Part shown: positions 1 through 9,500 of the stretch, piece after piece
Layout: every line of letters starts with the position of its first letter
Numbering within the stretch: the stretch's first letter is position 1
DNA from: Spirochaetia bacterium
GTDB lineage: Bacteria > Spirochaetota > Spirochaetia > SZUA-6 > Bin103
Direction: 5' to 3'
NCBI GenBank assembly: GCA_965203055.1
Contig: OZ241863.1
Coordinates: forward strand, 1,856,001 to 1,920,000
DNA: 64,000 bases
Position numbers and translations under genes: made by a program
The notes under the pieces: model-generated
Databases searched by the model: none
Told to the model about the DNA's origin: nothing
What the model saw: the letters and a program-made list of their open reading frames with translations, nothing else

Positions 1-731
1 CTCCGACGGCTGCCGCTCCCGACGATACCGCCGGGACGGTAGCAGCATGGCTTCGTTTGGGCACGGCGGTTTCGGGCCGCCGCATTACCGCGGTCACCGC
101 GTTATTCAAGGAAGCAGTCCTCGTCCGGCACCAGCAACTCCACGGCGAACCGCCGGCCGTCCTTCACGGGCACGGGTTCACACAGACCGGCTACGAGATC
201 GCCCGGTTCCTGGCCCTGCCCGACGTCGGCTATCGGCGATCGCGCGGAAGGATTCACGGGTTGGCCTTATGGATGCCGCCTGGATGCGACATCGCATTGC
301 GCAACCGTGTTCGCGAGGCCGCGTTTGCGGTGCGGCGATTGGCCGGCCGCGGCGTGAACGTGTCCGTTCAACCGCGAGACGACGAGGAAGGGCCTGTCGC
401 CGCGACTCCAGCCCGTTGGACCCGGTCGTCACGTTGCTGGGCGACGGCATTTCCAGCGATCCACGAACGCCGCGCGTCTCTTGACCTGGCGGAGGTGGCG
501 CGGTGGTGCGAACACGCCGGTCTGCCGGCCCCGGTCAGATTTCGATCGGCACGCTCGCCGTTGGTCCGAGGCGCGGTTGATCTCGCTCCCGGGGAAGTGA
601 ACCGTCCCGGAAGACCCGGGCTGCCATATTCACACGTCCAACTCTGGTTCGAGGAGTGCGTCGCCGGGCCGGTGGTAATCGGCTCTGGCCGACAGCGCGG
701 CTTCGGACTTTGCGTACCGGTGGACGGATAG
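1..731 (+). CDS. csb2: Type I-G CRISPR protein Csb2 (Cas5/Cas6 fusion), 5'-truncated by the window edge
   Basis: Frame open from base 3 to TAG at 729-731. C-terminal Cas6-like G-rich loop 'GPVVIGSGRQRGFGLC' and 'LHGH' motif; lies immediately upstream of a I-G-type cas3. Confidence 0.85.
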   Translation, partial: PTAAAPDDTAGTVAAWLRLGTAVSGRRITAVTALFKEAVLVRHQQLHGEPPAVLHGHGFTQTGYEIARFLALPDVGYRRSRGRIHGLALWMPPGCDIALRNRVREAAFAVRRLAGRGVNVSVQPRDDEEGPVAATPARWTRSSRCWATAFPAIHERRASLDLAEVARWCEHAGLPAPVRFRSARSPLVRGAVDLAPGEVNRPGRPGLPYSHVQLWFEECVAGPVVIGSGRQRGFGLCVPVDG

Positions 732-733
732 GG

Positions 734-3493
734 ATGATCGAGACTCCGCCGTTTGCTGAATTCTATCGGGCGATCAACGGCCGGGACCCGTTTCCGTGGC
801 AATCGCGGCTGGCCAGACAGGTAGCCAAGACCGAAGAATGGCCGCAGGAAGTAGGTATACCGACAGGTCTGGGAAAGACCGCCTGTCTGGAAATCGCCAT
901 CTGGTGGCTGGCATCGCAGGCCGATCGCCATCCTGCCGACCGGACCGCTCCCACCCGGATCTGGTGGCTCGTCAACCGGCGCCTGCTGGTCGACTCGACG
1001 GCCAGACATGCCGAAACGATCGGCGAGGCTCTCAGCGACCGGCATGCAGCCGATGTTGTCGCTGCGATCGCCGATCGGCTGCGCTCCCTGTCCGCGGACC
1101 CGACCTCCGTACCGCTTGAAGTCATCCGGCTGCGGGGTGGGATCCCCGCGCGTAGTCCAACGGACCCGTCACGGCCGACGGTGGTACTGTCCACGCTCCC
1201 CATGTACGGCTCTCGGCTGCTGTTTCGAGGCTACGGCGCTACCAAATCGACGCGGCCGATCGAAGCTGCCATGGCGGGGACCGACAGCCTGGTCATTCTG
1301 GACGAGGCCCATCTCGCCCCCCATTTGGCCAACCTGCTGCCGGCGCTGTCGGATTGCACTCCGGACGCGCGGCCGGTCCTCAACCCGACTCGTTCACGCC
1401 CCTCGATGGTGGCGCTGACCGCAACTGGCGATGCCGCCGGAGGAGACCGGTTCGATCTCGATGCCGACGACGAAGCGCACCCCATCGTGCGGCTCCGGCT
1501 CGACGCAGTGAAGTCGATGGAGGTGCGAGTACAGTCGGGCGATGGCGCGCAACGGCTTGCCCAGGCGACGCGGTCACTGATCGAAGAAGCGGCCGATCCG
1601 GCGGCATGCGTCGTGTTCGTCAACACTCCTGCAACCGCTCGGTCAGTCTTTGGCCGGCTGCGAGAAATGATCGACGACGAGACGGCCGAAATTCTGCTCT
1701 TGACGGGTCGCGCACGGGAACGGGAAGCGGAACGGACGCGGCAGCTGATTCTCGATCCCGTTACCGGTATTGCAGCGACCCGCGATCCGACGGCCGGCCG
1801 CCAGCGACACTTTATCGTAGTGGCGACGCAGACCCTCGAAGTCGGCGCCGACATCGACGCCGACTTCCTCGTAACGGAGGCGTGCGGTGTCCGGGCGCTG
1901 ACGCAGCGCCTCGGTCGTTTGAATCGACTGGGCCGCTATCGGCATGCTCGCGCCATCTACGTGCATCTGCCGCCGCCCAAGAACAAGGGCAGGAAGACCC
2001 GACAGCGCGAAGAATGGCCGGTGTACGGATGCGAACCGGCGTCGGTGCTGCGCAGACTCCAGGCTGCGCTCGACAGCGGTACCGGCGCCGTGGATCTGTC
2101 GCCGCGGCGGGTAGCCGGGATCCTGGGAGAGCCGGGCGACGATCCCGGCCGAGCGCCGGAGATACTGAGCGGTCTTCTGTGGGAGTGGGTAAAGACGACC
2201 ACTCCTGCGGATGGCCATGCACCGGTCGAACCCTACTTTTCCGGTATCGCCGCGCCTGATTATGCGGTCTCCGTCATCTGGCGAGCCTGCCTTCCCAAGG
2301 ACGGTCAGCTGCTGTGGCCGCGCGCCATCGATCGGGAATCGATCGACGTGCCTCTCAGCGAGGCGCGGGACGTGTTCGGCGATGACGATGATTTGCAGCG
2401 TCTGGAAGCCGACGGCGTTTCAATCGCGACGATCTCCAAGGACGAAAAAATTCGTCCCGGTGACGTGATCGTGTTGCCAACGGACCGCGGCTTGTTGGAT
2501 CGGTTCGGGTGGGCTCCGGAGTCTTCTGCTCCCGTGGTCGATATGTCGATTGCGGAATACGGCGTGCCGCTGGATTGCGACGCGCTTCGGAGGCTATGCG
2601 GCGCTTCCATGAACGATCTGGTCGATAGAGCGCTGGGCCGGGTGGCGGACGATGAGGACCTCGACGAGGATGATCGTGCGGAAGCGATCGCGCATATCCT
2701 GGGTGCCCTGGGCAGTGTGACGCCACCGGGATGGGAGAAGGTCGAATGGGACGGTCTCATGGACGCGTTAGACGGGCGGATCTCCGTAGGTTGGAACGAG
2801 GTCGCTCGCCTGATCAGGAAGGACGCGGCCAGCGAACCGCTCAGCGACGAACTTGACAAAATGTGCCGCGCGGAGACTGCGATCGAACTGGAGAGTCACG
2901 GCCGAGCCGTAGCCGCTCGGGCGCACTCGATCGCGGAGCGGCTCGGTATTTCGGCCGATCTGGCGGCCATAGTCGAACGGGCCGGCCGGTTTCATGACCT
3001 GGGCAAGGCGGACCGGCGCTTCCAGCGGTGGCTCGATCCCGACGAGCAGCATCCAGTCCTGGTAGCCAAATCCGGAATCCCGCGCAGTCGCTGGAACGCC
3101 GCGCAGATCGTAGCGGGGTGGCCGCGAGGCGGGCGTCACGAGGAGCTGTCGGCGCGCCTGGTGCGGCGCTGGCTGAACAGACAACCCGGTCGATTCGAGC
3201 CGCCGTTGGCGGAGTTGCTCGTCCATCTCATCATAAGCCATCACGGTAACGGTCGCCCGCTACTGCTCCCGGCGGATGACCAAGCGGCGGAGCAGGTGTC
3301 CTCGAAAATCGATGGGGATCTCGTCGAAGTATCGGCCGATCTTTCGAAAATCGACTGGAATCAGCCAACTCGATTCCGCAATCTCAATAGTCTGTTCGGG
3401 CCGTGGGGACTGGCTCTGCTGGAGGCGATCGTGCGCCGGGCCGACCACACGGTCTCGGCTGGAGCGCAGGTACGGGAGATGGAGATCCGCTGA
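734..3493 (+). CDS. cas3: Type I-G Cas3 helicase/nuclease with C-terminal HD domain
   Basis: 'PFPWQ', 'IPTGLGKT' (Walker A), 'LDEAH', 'VATQTLEVGADID', 'QRLGRLNR', then C-terminal 'FHDLGKAD...RHE...SHHG'. HD after the helicase is the I-G arrangement. Start set at ATG 734. Confidence 0.93.
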   Translation: MIETPPFAEFYRAINGRDPFPWQSRLARQVAKTEEWPQEVGIPTGLGKTACLEIAIWWLASQADRHPADRTAPTRIWWLVNRRLLVDSTARHAETIGEALSDRHAADVVAAIADRLRSLSADPTSVPLEVIRLRGGIPARSPTDPSRPTVVLSTLPMYGSRLLFRGYGATKSTRPIEAAMAGTDSLVILDEAHLAPHLANLLPALSDCTPDARPVLNPTRSRPSMVALTATGDAAGGDRFDLDADDEAHPIVRLRLDAVKSMEVRVQSGDGAQRLAQATRSLIEEAADPAACVVFVNTPATARSVFGRLREMIDDETAEILLLTGRAREREAERTRQLILDPVTGIAATRDPTAGRQRHFIVVATQTLEVGADIDADFLVTEACGVRALTQRLGRLNRLGRYRHARAIYVHLPPPKNKGRKTRQREEWPVYGCEPASVLRRLQAALDSGTGAVDLSPRRVAGILGEPGDDPGRAPEILSGLLWEWVKTTTPADGHAPVEPYFSGIAAPDYAVSVIWRACLPKDGQLLWPRAIDRESIDVPLSEARDVFGDDDDLQRLEADGVSIATISKDEKIRPGDVIVLPTDRGLLDRFGWAPESSAPVVDMSIAEYGVPLDCDALRRLCGASMNDLVDRALGRVADDEDLDEDDRAEAIAHILGALGSVTPPGWEKVEWDGLMDALDGRISVGWNEVARLIRKDAASEPLSDELDKMCRAETAIELESHGRAVAARAHSIAERLGISADLAAIVERAGRFHDLGKADRRFQRWLDPDEQHPVLVAKSGIPRSRWNAAQIVAGWPRGGRHEELSARLVRRWLNRQPGRFEPPLAELLVHLIISHHGNGRPLLLPADDQAAEQVSSKIDGDLVEVSADLSKIDWNQPTRFRNLNSLFGPWGLALLEAIVRRADHTVSAGAQVREMEIR

Positions 3494-4392
3494 TGGGGGA
3501 AGTGATCTGTCCGGGATTGCCGGCGTCCTGGCTCAACGCTTGGTTGGCTGCTGTCGGAGCCACGGTGCTGGACTCCCGGCTTCGTCTTCGCTGGACGACA
3601 GAGGACACGCCGGCCGCCGTCCTCTCCGCCGAGAAGATCGATCCTGTGGCGGCCTTGGCTGATTCATGGCCGGACAAGGACGAACTGGCGGACATGCCGA
3701 TTTGCCGACAGAGGGAAGGTACCCGTTCACTGCCGAGAAAGGTATCCGTGGACACGTTCGTCGCCCGAGCGCAGGAGACTCGAGGACACGCCTACTCTTG
3801 GACGTTGTCATCGACGATGACGGACCTTGATGTAGACAATAACGGCGAAGTCGCCCATGCGCCGTTTGATCCACCAGTTCCCAAGGGACTTACTCTACAT
3901 GATCGACTGTTGGCGATTCAGAAACGCTTGAGAGATAGACCAATTATGCAGTGCTTGGCGGACTCGTTCATGGGTCGCGCAGAGCGAGTCGAGGGCAACG
4001 GACTAGGATTCGACCTCTACCGGATTGGGTCTCTGGCAGATGACGCTGAGAAGTGGATCGATCCGGTGGTCGAGATACTCGCGTTTTTCGGCCTTGCTCT
4101 ATTGCCGATGCGCGGCGAAGGGACAGACCGGAGTACCGGCAATACGTCACACTCTACTGCGATCCAGCGAGGCTGGCGCAGGATACGGGGCCGCAGTAGT
4201 GAACGCGTGTTCATGTGGCCAGTGTGGACGGACGCCCTTGACCATGCGGGCGTAGACGCACTCCTCGACGTCTGGAAGCCCGACAAGCGTTTCTGGCCGC
4301 GGATCGGCGTACATGCCGCTTGGCAGAGCGTCCGCTTCCTGCCGAGAGCTACCGCGGACACGACGCGAGCGTTCGGAGCCGAGCGCCTGTGA
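3493..4392 (+). CDS. Putative small large-subunit Cas8g (Csb3-like), 299 aa
   Basis: ATG overlaps the cas3 stop (TGATG). Position between cas3 and cas4; 'WLAAVG' N-terminus and 'PVVEILAFFGLALLP' motif resemble I-G Cas8 variants. Confidence 0.6.
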   Translation: MGEVICPGLPASWLNAWLAAVGATVLDSRLRLRWTTEDTPAAVLSAEKIDPVAALADSWPDKDELADMPICRQREGTRSLPRKVSVDTFVARAQETRGHAYSWTLSSTMTDLDVDNNGEVAHAPFDPPVPKGLTLHDRLLAIQKRLRDRPIMQCLADSFMGRAERVEGNGLGFDLYRIGSLADDAEKWIDPVVEILAFFGLALLPMRGEGTDRSTGNTSHSTAIQRGWRRIRGRSSERVFMWPVWTDALDHAGVDALLDVWKPDKRFWPRIGVHAAWQSVRFLPRATADTTRAFGAERL

Positions 4393-4395
4393 ACG

Positions 4396-5016
4396 ATGAC
4401 CGATGATGATCCGGTCGTCGCGATTTCGGCGATTGAGCACTTCGTCTATTGCCCCCGGCAGTGTGCGCTGATCCACTGCGACGGCGTGTGGTCCGATAAC
4501 GCCCATACCGTCAGGGGTACACGAGACCACCGTCGTGTCGACAGCGGTACCCATCGCCATGAACGCGGTCGGATGGTGCTGCGAGCGATTCCGCTCTGGT
4601 CGGAGACGCTCGGGCTGTCCGGTCGTGCGGATGCGGTTGAGATCGAGACAGGAGTCGTTCGACCCGTCGAATACAAATCCGGTACGCGCCATGGGGCCGC
4701 CGCTGACCTTCAGCTCTGTGCTCAGGCACTGTGCCTCGAAGAGATGCTCGACGTCGAGATCCCCAATGGATGCATATGGTATGGCGGACCGCGGCGCCGA
4801 GTGCGAGTGGATTTCACACCGACGCTGCGCCGTGAAGTTCACGAGATCGTTCTCGAAATCCGCGCTCAACTATTGACGGCGGTCCTGCCGGACGCTCCCA
4901 ACGATCGACGCTGCGCGGAGTGCCAGCTACTGCATCATTGTTTGCCTCAAGTCGCCAGCAATCCGCAGAGGGTGACCCGCTACATGCAGGACGTCGTATG
5001 CCAGTGCGCTATCTGA
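4396..5016 (+). CDS. cas4: CRISPR-associated Cas4
   Basis: 'ISAIEHFVYCPRQCAL', 'ADAVE', 'PVEYKSG', 'QLCAQALCLEEM' and C-terminal Cys cluster 'CAECQLLHHC'. Confidence 0.93.
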   Translation: MTDDDPVVAISAIEHFVYCPRQCALIHCDGVWSDNAHTVRGTRDHRRVDSGTHRHERGRMVLRAIPLWSETLGLSGRADAVEIETGVVRPVEYKSGTRHGAAADLQLCAQALCLEEMLDVEIPNGCIWYGGPRRRVRVDFTPTLRREVHEIVLEIRAQLLTAVLPDAPNDRRCAECQLLHHCLPQVASNPQRVTRYMQDVVCQCAI

Positions 5017-6020
5017 GCACGGTATACGTTCGTGATCATCGCGCCCGAGTAACGCATCGTCGCGGCTCGCTGCTGGTGACCTCTCCTGACGGAAGCCAGA
5101 GAGTCCCGCTGGAAGCGATCGAAGCGGTCATCATGCTGGGCAGCGGCCAGATCACGACCCAGGCGCTGGAGGCGTGTGTCCGACGCGGCGTTCGCGTCAC
5201 CGCGTTGAAGATGAGCGGAGCGGTGCGGTTCGTAGTCGGCGACTCGACCGGTGGAAACGTACACCTGCGAACCGCCTTATACCGGGCCGTCTCCGACACC
5301 GATCATTCGTTGGAGCTGTCCAAGGCTATCGTAGCGGCGAAGCTTCAGAACAGCAGAAAGGTGGTAGACCGGTGGGCACGGGATGAGAAGGAGCCAGCTC
5401 AATCCTGCCTTCTCGCCGAGCGGGCCGGACAGATCACGGACCGCATTTCTCGGCTGCCCGGTGCTCACACAGCCGACCATGTTCGAGGAGTCGAAGGTGA
5501 CGCTGCCAGAGCCTACTTCGGTGCGGTCGGTCGGGCGCTTTCGAAGAGCGATCTCCGGTTCTCGGTGCGCAACAAGCGACCGCCGCGTGATCCCGTCAAC
5601 GCCATGCTCGGATTCTGCTACGGGTTGTTGGTGACGGAGTTCATCGGTGCCCTGGAAAGTGTCGGTCTGGATTACCAGATGGGGTTCTTTCATCGCCCGC
5701 GTTCCGGTCGGCCGTCGCTGGCCCTGGATCTTACGGAAGAACTGCGGCCGCTGACGGATCGGTTCGTGGTGTCTCTGGTTCGCCGCCGGCAGGTAGGGAG
5801 GAACAGTTTCGTGAGGATGCCCGGGGGTGCTGTCTACCTGAGCGATGAGGGAAGAACGAGCCTGATCAAGGCATGGGAAGCTCACAAGGAAGTAGAGACT
5901 CATCATGCCCTTTCCGATCGACGGATAGGCCGGTGGGCGCTTCCGTCAGTCCAGGCAACTCTGCTCGCGCGTCATCTGCGAGGCGATCTCCCTGCGTATC
6001 CACCGTTTGTGATGGCCTGA
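4998..6020 (+). CDS. cas1: CRISPR-associated Cas1
   Basis: 'RGVEGDAARAYF', 'RPPRDPVNAMLGFCY', 'RPSLALDLTEELRP', 'YPPF' terminus. Start set at ATG 4998, overlapping the cas4 end. Confidence 0.95.
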   Translation: MPVRYLSTVYVRDHRARVTHRRGSLLVTSPDGSQRVPLEAIEAVIMLGSGQITTQALEACVRRGVRVTALKMSGAVRFVVGDSTGGNVHLRTALYRAVSDTDHSLELSKAIVAAKLQNSRKVVDRWARDEKEPAQSCLLAERAGQITDRISRLPGAHTADHVRGVEGDAARAYFGAVGRALSKSDLRFSVRNKRPPRDPVNAMLGFCYGLLVTEFIGALESVGLDYQMGFFHRPRSGRPSLALDLTEELRPLTDRFVVSLVRRRQVGRNSFVRMPGGAVYLSDEGRTSLIKAWEAHKEVETHHALSDRRIGRWALPSVQATLLARHLRGDLPAYPPFVMA

Positions 6021-6024
6021 CATT

Positions 6025-6315
6025 GTGGACATCGTCGTAGCATACGACATCGCCGACACCGACGGAGTCGGGGCGTCAAGGCTCAGACGAATCGCCCAGA
6101 TATGTGAGAGATATGGTCAACGGGTGCAGTTCTCAGTGTTCGAGTTTCGGTTATCTCCCGAGCGCATGGCTCGGATGCTCGGCGAGATCCAGGATGTGAT
6201 CGATCGTGATCGCGACTCCGTGCTCGTGTACCGCTTCCCCGGTCGCCTAGAGGACGCCAGAGTCCGATACGGGCGGCATGGAGTTCACGAACTCGGGCAG
6301 CCGTGGGTACTCTGA
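6025..6315 (+). CDS. cas2: CRISPR-associated Cas2
   Basis: 96 aa; 'VVAYDI', 'YGQRVQFSVFE'. Confidence 0.95.
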   Translation: MDIVVAYDIADTDGVGASRLRRIAQICERYGQRVQFSVFEFRLSPERMARMLGEIQDVIDRDRDSVLVYRFPGRLEDARVRYGRHGVHELGQPWVL

Positions 6316-6518
6316 TAACCGTGCGAACCCTCGGTGATCCGGCGGAGCGCGGGTGCCAAGTGCCAGGATCAGGCGATTTCCGAAGAAACGCGTCGGGTTT
6401 GTTGCGGCGGACGATCTTCAATCACGGTGATTAACAGAAATCCCGCCAATGATCGATGGGCCGTGTTCATGGAACGCTCATGTTTTGCCGCAGGATCGGG
6501 CATTCTGCCCGATTAGCA
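6316..6518 (+). promoter_or_regulatory. CRISPR leader
   Basis: Non-coding, relatively AT-richer segment between cas2 and the first repeat, beginning GCGAACCC. Degenerate repeats sit at the opposite end of the array. Confidence 0.75.
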
Positions 6519-9500
6519 GTGTCGCCGGAGTTTATACTCCGGCCTTCGTTGAGCGGCCCGGTAGCCGTCCGACCACTCCGTCCAGCTCTGGGTGTCGCCG
6601 GAGTTTATACTCCGGCCTTCGTTGAGCGCGAGTCACCGCGAGCGGGCTCGACGAGACGGTCGAGTGTCGCCGGAGTTTATACTCCGGCCTTCGTTGAGCG
6701 CTCGATTCCCTGCTGGATCGCATCGCCAAACGACAATGTGTCGCCGGAGTTTATACTCCGGCCTTCGTTGAGCGCGGTAGGCGTTCCCCTCCCGGCCCAA
6801 GCACCGCAGCAGTGTCGCCGGAGTTTATACTCCGGCCTTCGTTGAGCGGATACCGTCAACTTCGTCCACAAGGACGAGCGGGTCGAGTGTCGCCGGAGTT
6901 TATACTCCGGCCTTCGTTGAGCGCTGGGACGGCTGGAGTTCGAGAAGAAGTCGGGCGAGTGTCGCCGGAGTTTATACTCCGGCCTTCGTTGAGCGTACCT
7001 GGACGACGAGCAGCAGCCCTTGATCGAGGGCGAGTGTCGCCGGAGTTTATACTCCGGCCTTCGTTGAGCGAGTCGAGCAGGCGAACGCCTACTCGAAGCG
7101 GTACTTCGGGTGTCGCCGGAGTTTATACTCCGGCCTTCGTTGAGCGCCTCGTGGCTCTCACATCGCGACCCGTGTCGATCATGGCGTGTCGCCGGAGTTT
7201 ATACTCCGGCCTTCGTTGAGCGAACAAGCGCACCGGCCAGACCCACCAGGGGATCGCCGGGTGTCGCCGGAGTTTATACTCCGGCCTTCGTTGAGCGGTG
7301 ACCCCGTCTGCGGACCTCGCCGTCCCCGTCGGCCCGTGTCGCCGGAGTTTATACTCCGGCCTTCGTTGAGCGTCGAACCGCGCCTTGGCGTGCTGTTCCC
7401 GCAGCTCCTCGTGTCGCCGGAGTTTATACTCCGGCCTTCGTTGAGCGGGCGGCGGCGGCCCGACCCGTGCCCGGCCTCCCGGAGGTGTCGCCGGAGTTTA
7501 TACTCCGGCCTTCGTTGAGCGTGGGAGAGGGGGGGGAGACGTTCGACCCCACCACCATCGTGTCGCCGGAGTTTATACTCCGGCCTTCGTTGAGCGCAGT
7601 CGCGCGTGTCCGTGAGCCCCCCGTGCTCGATCACGTGTCGCCGGAGTTTATACTCCGGCCTTCGTTGAGCGGACCGCGACCGGGTGACCGCGGAGGTGCG
7701 GCATCACCTGTGTCGCCGGAGTTTATACTCCGGCCTTCGTTGAGCGGATCAAGAGGTCGAAAAGCGTGACGCTGCGCGCAGCGGTGTCGCCGGAGTTTAT
7801 ACTCCGGCCTTCGTTGAGCGTACACCCCACCCGCGCCGGGCCCGCCGGCCCCGCGCACGTGTCGCCGGAGTTTATACTCCGGCCTTCGTTGAGCGCGCTT
7901 CGCCTCTGGAAGGTTGTCGAACACGCCAAGTTCGTGTCGCCGGAGTTTATACTCCGGCCTTCGTTGAGCGATTACAGCATAAGCAAAGCGAGAGCGCTAA
8001 GCGATTCCAGTGTCGCCGGAGTTTATACTCCGGCCTTCGTTGAGCGCCTGTCACGCTTGCGCCGCTACCCTGTCACGCTTGCGCGTGTCGCCGGAGTTTA
8101 TACTCCGGCCTTCGTTGAGCGGTGACCTGTTCCGCTTCCGTCTGCGCCGCGGCGTCCAGCGTGTCGCCGGAGTTTATACTCCGGCCTTCGTTGAGCGCAG
8201 TACGTCACGCAACTGCGCGCCCAGACTGCCCACTGTGTCGCCGGAGTTTATACTCCGGCCTTCGTTGAGCGAGACACTGCGCGCGCACCTCCAGCAGCGG
8301 CCCGTCGGTGTGTCGCCGGAGTTTATACTCCGGCCTTCGTTGAGCGGATATGGGGAGCTGCCAGATATTCCCCGTTCGCCCGAAAGTGTCGCCGGAGTTT
8401 ATACTCCGGCCTTCGTTGAGCGGAGCGGCTGTGCAACTGGGCCGACCGGCAGATCGAGAGTGTCGCCGGAGTTTATACTCCGGCCTTCGTTGAGCGCGTC
8501 ACCTGCCCGTGCTGGTGGTACGCATCATCCAAGTCGTGTCGCCGGAGTTTATACTCCGGCCTTCGTTGAGCGACCGGATGATCGACGGCGAAGAAGTTCT
8601 TGGCGTCGAAGTGTCGCCGGAGTTTATACTCCGGCCTTCGTTGAGCGGGGTCGATGAGCTGGAGCGGATGCGGGCACGGGCGGGTGTCGCCGGAGTTTAT
8701 ACTCCGGCCTTCGTTGAGCGGAGCGGCAGTATCGAGCTTCGTACAAACTCGCTGTCAGTGTCGCCGGAGTTTATACTCCGGCCTTCGTTGAGCGGTGAAG
8801 CTCATCGGATATAACCGCGTCCACCCATACCGAGTGTCGCCGGAGTTTATACTCCGGCCTTCGTTGAGCGTTGAGCGGCCGCGGGCGCACCTCGATGGTC
8901 TTTTGGCGTGTCGCCGGAGTTTATACTCCGGCCTTCGTTGAGCGTATCGGGGTTCCACGATGATATGGCCGGATGAGGCGGTGTCGCCGGAGTTTATACT
9001 CCGGCCTTCGTTGAGCGACCTTCTCGGCGATGTTCCGCGCCGCGCGCTTGGCGCGTGTCGCCGGAGTTTATACTCCGGCCTTCGTTGAGCGATACTGCAT
9101 GGACGACTTCTGCCGCGGGTTGAAGAACGAGTGTCGCCGGAGTTTATACTCCGGCCTTCGTTGAGCGCCGGAACTCCTGTCCGAACTCCGGCTCGACACC
9201 ATGCCGTGTCGCCGGAGTTTATACTCCGGCCTTCGTTGAGCGCCGGAACTCCTGTCCGAACTCCGGCTCGACACCATGCCGTGTCGCCGGAGTTTATACT
9301 CCGGCCTTCGTTGAGCGCCGGAACTCCTGTCCGAACTCCGGCTCGACACCATGCCGTGTCGCCGGAGTTTATACTCCGGCCTTCGTTGAGCGGTACTGCA
9401 TGGACGACTTCTGCCGCGGGTTGAAGAACGGTGTCGCCGGAGTTTATACTCCGGCCTTCGTTGAGCGACAAAGATCGCTCGGGTCTACCGCGATCTGAAA

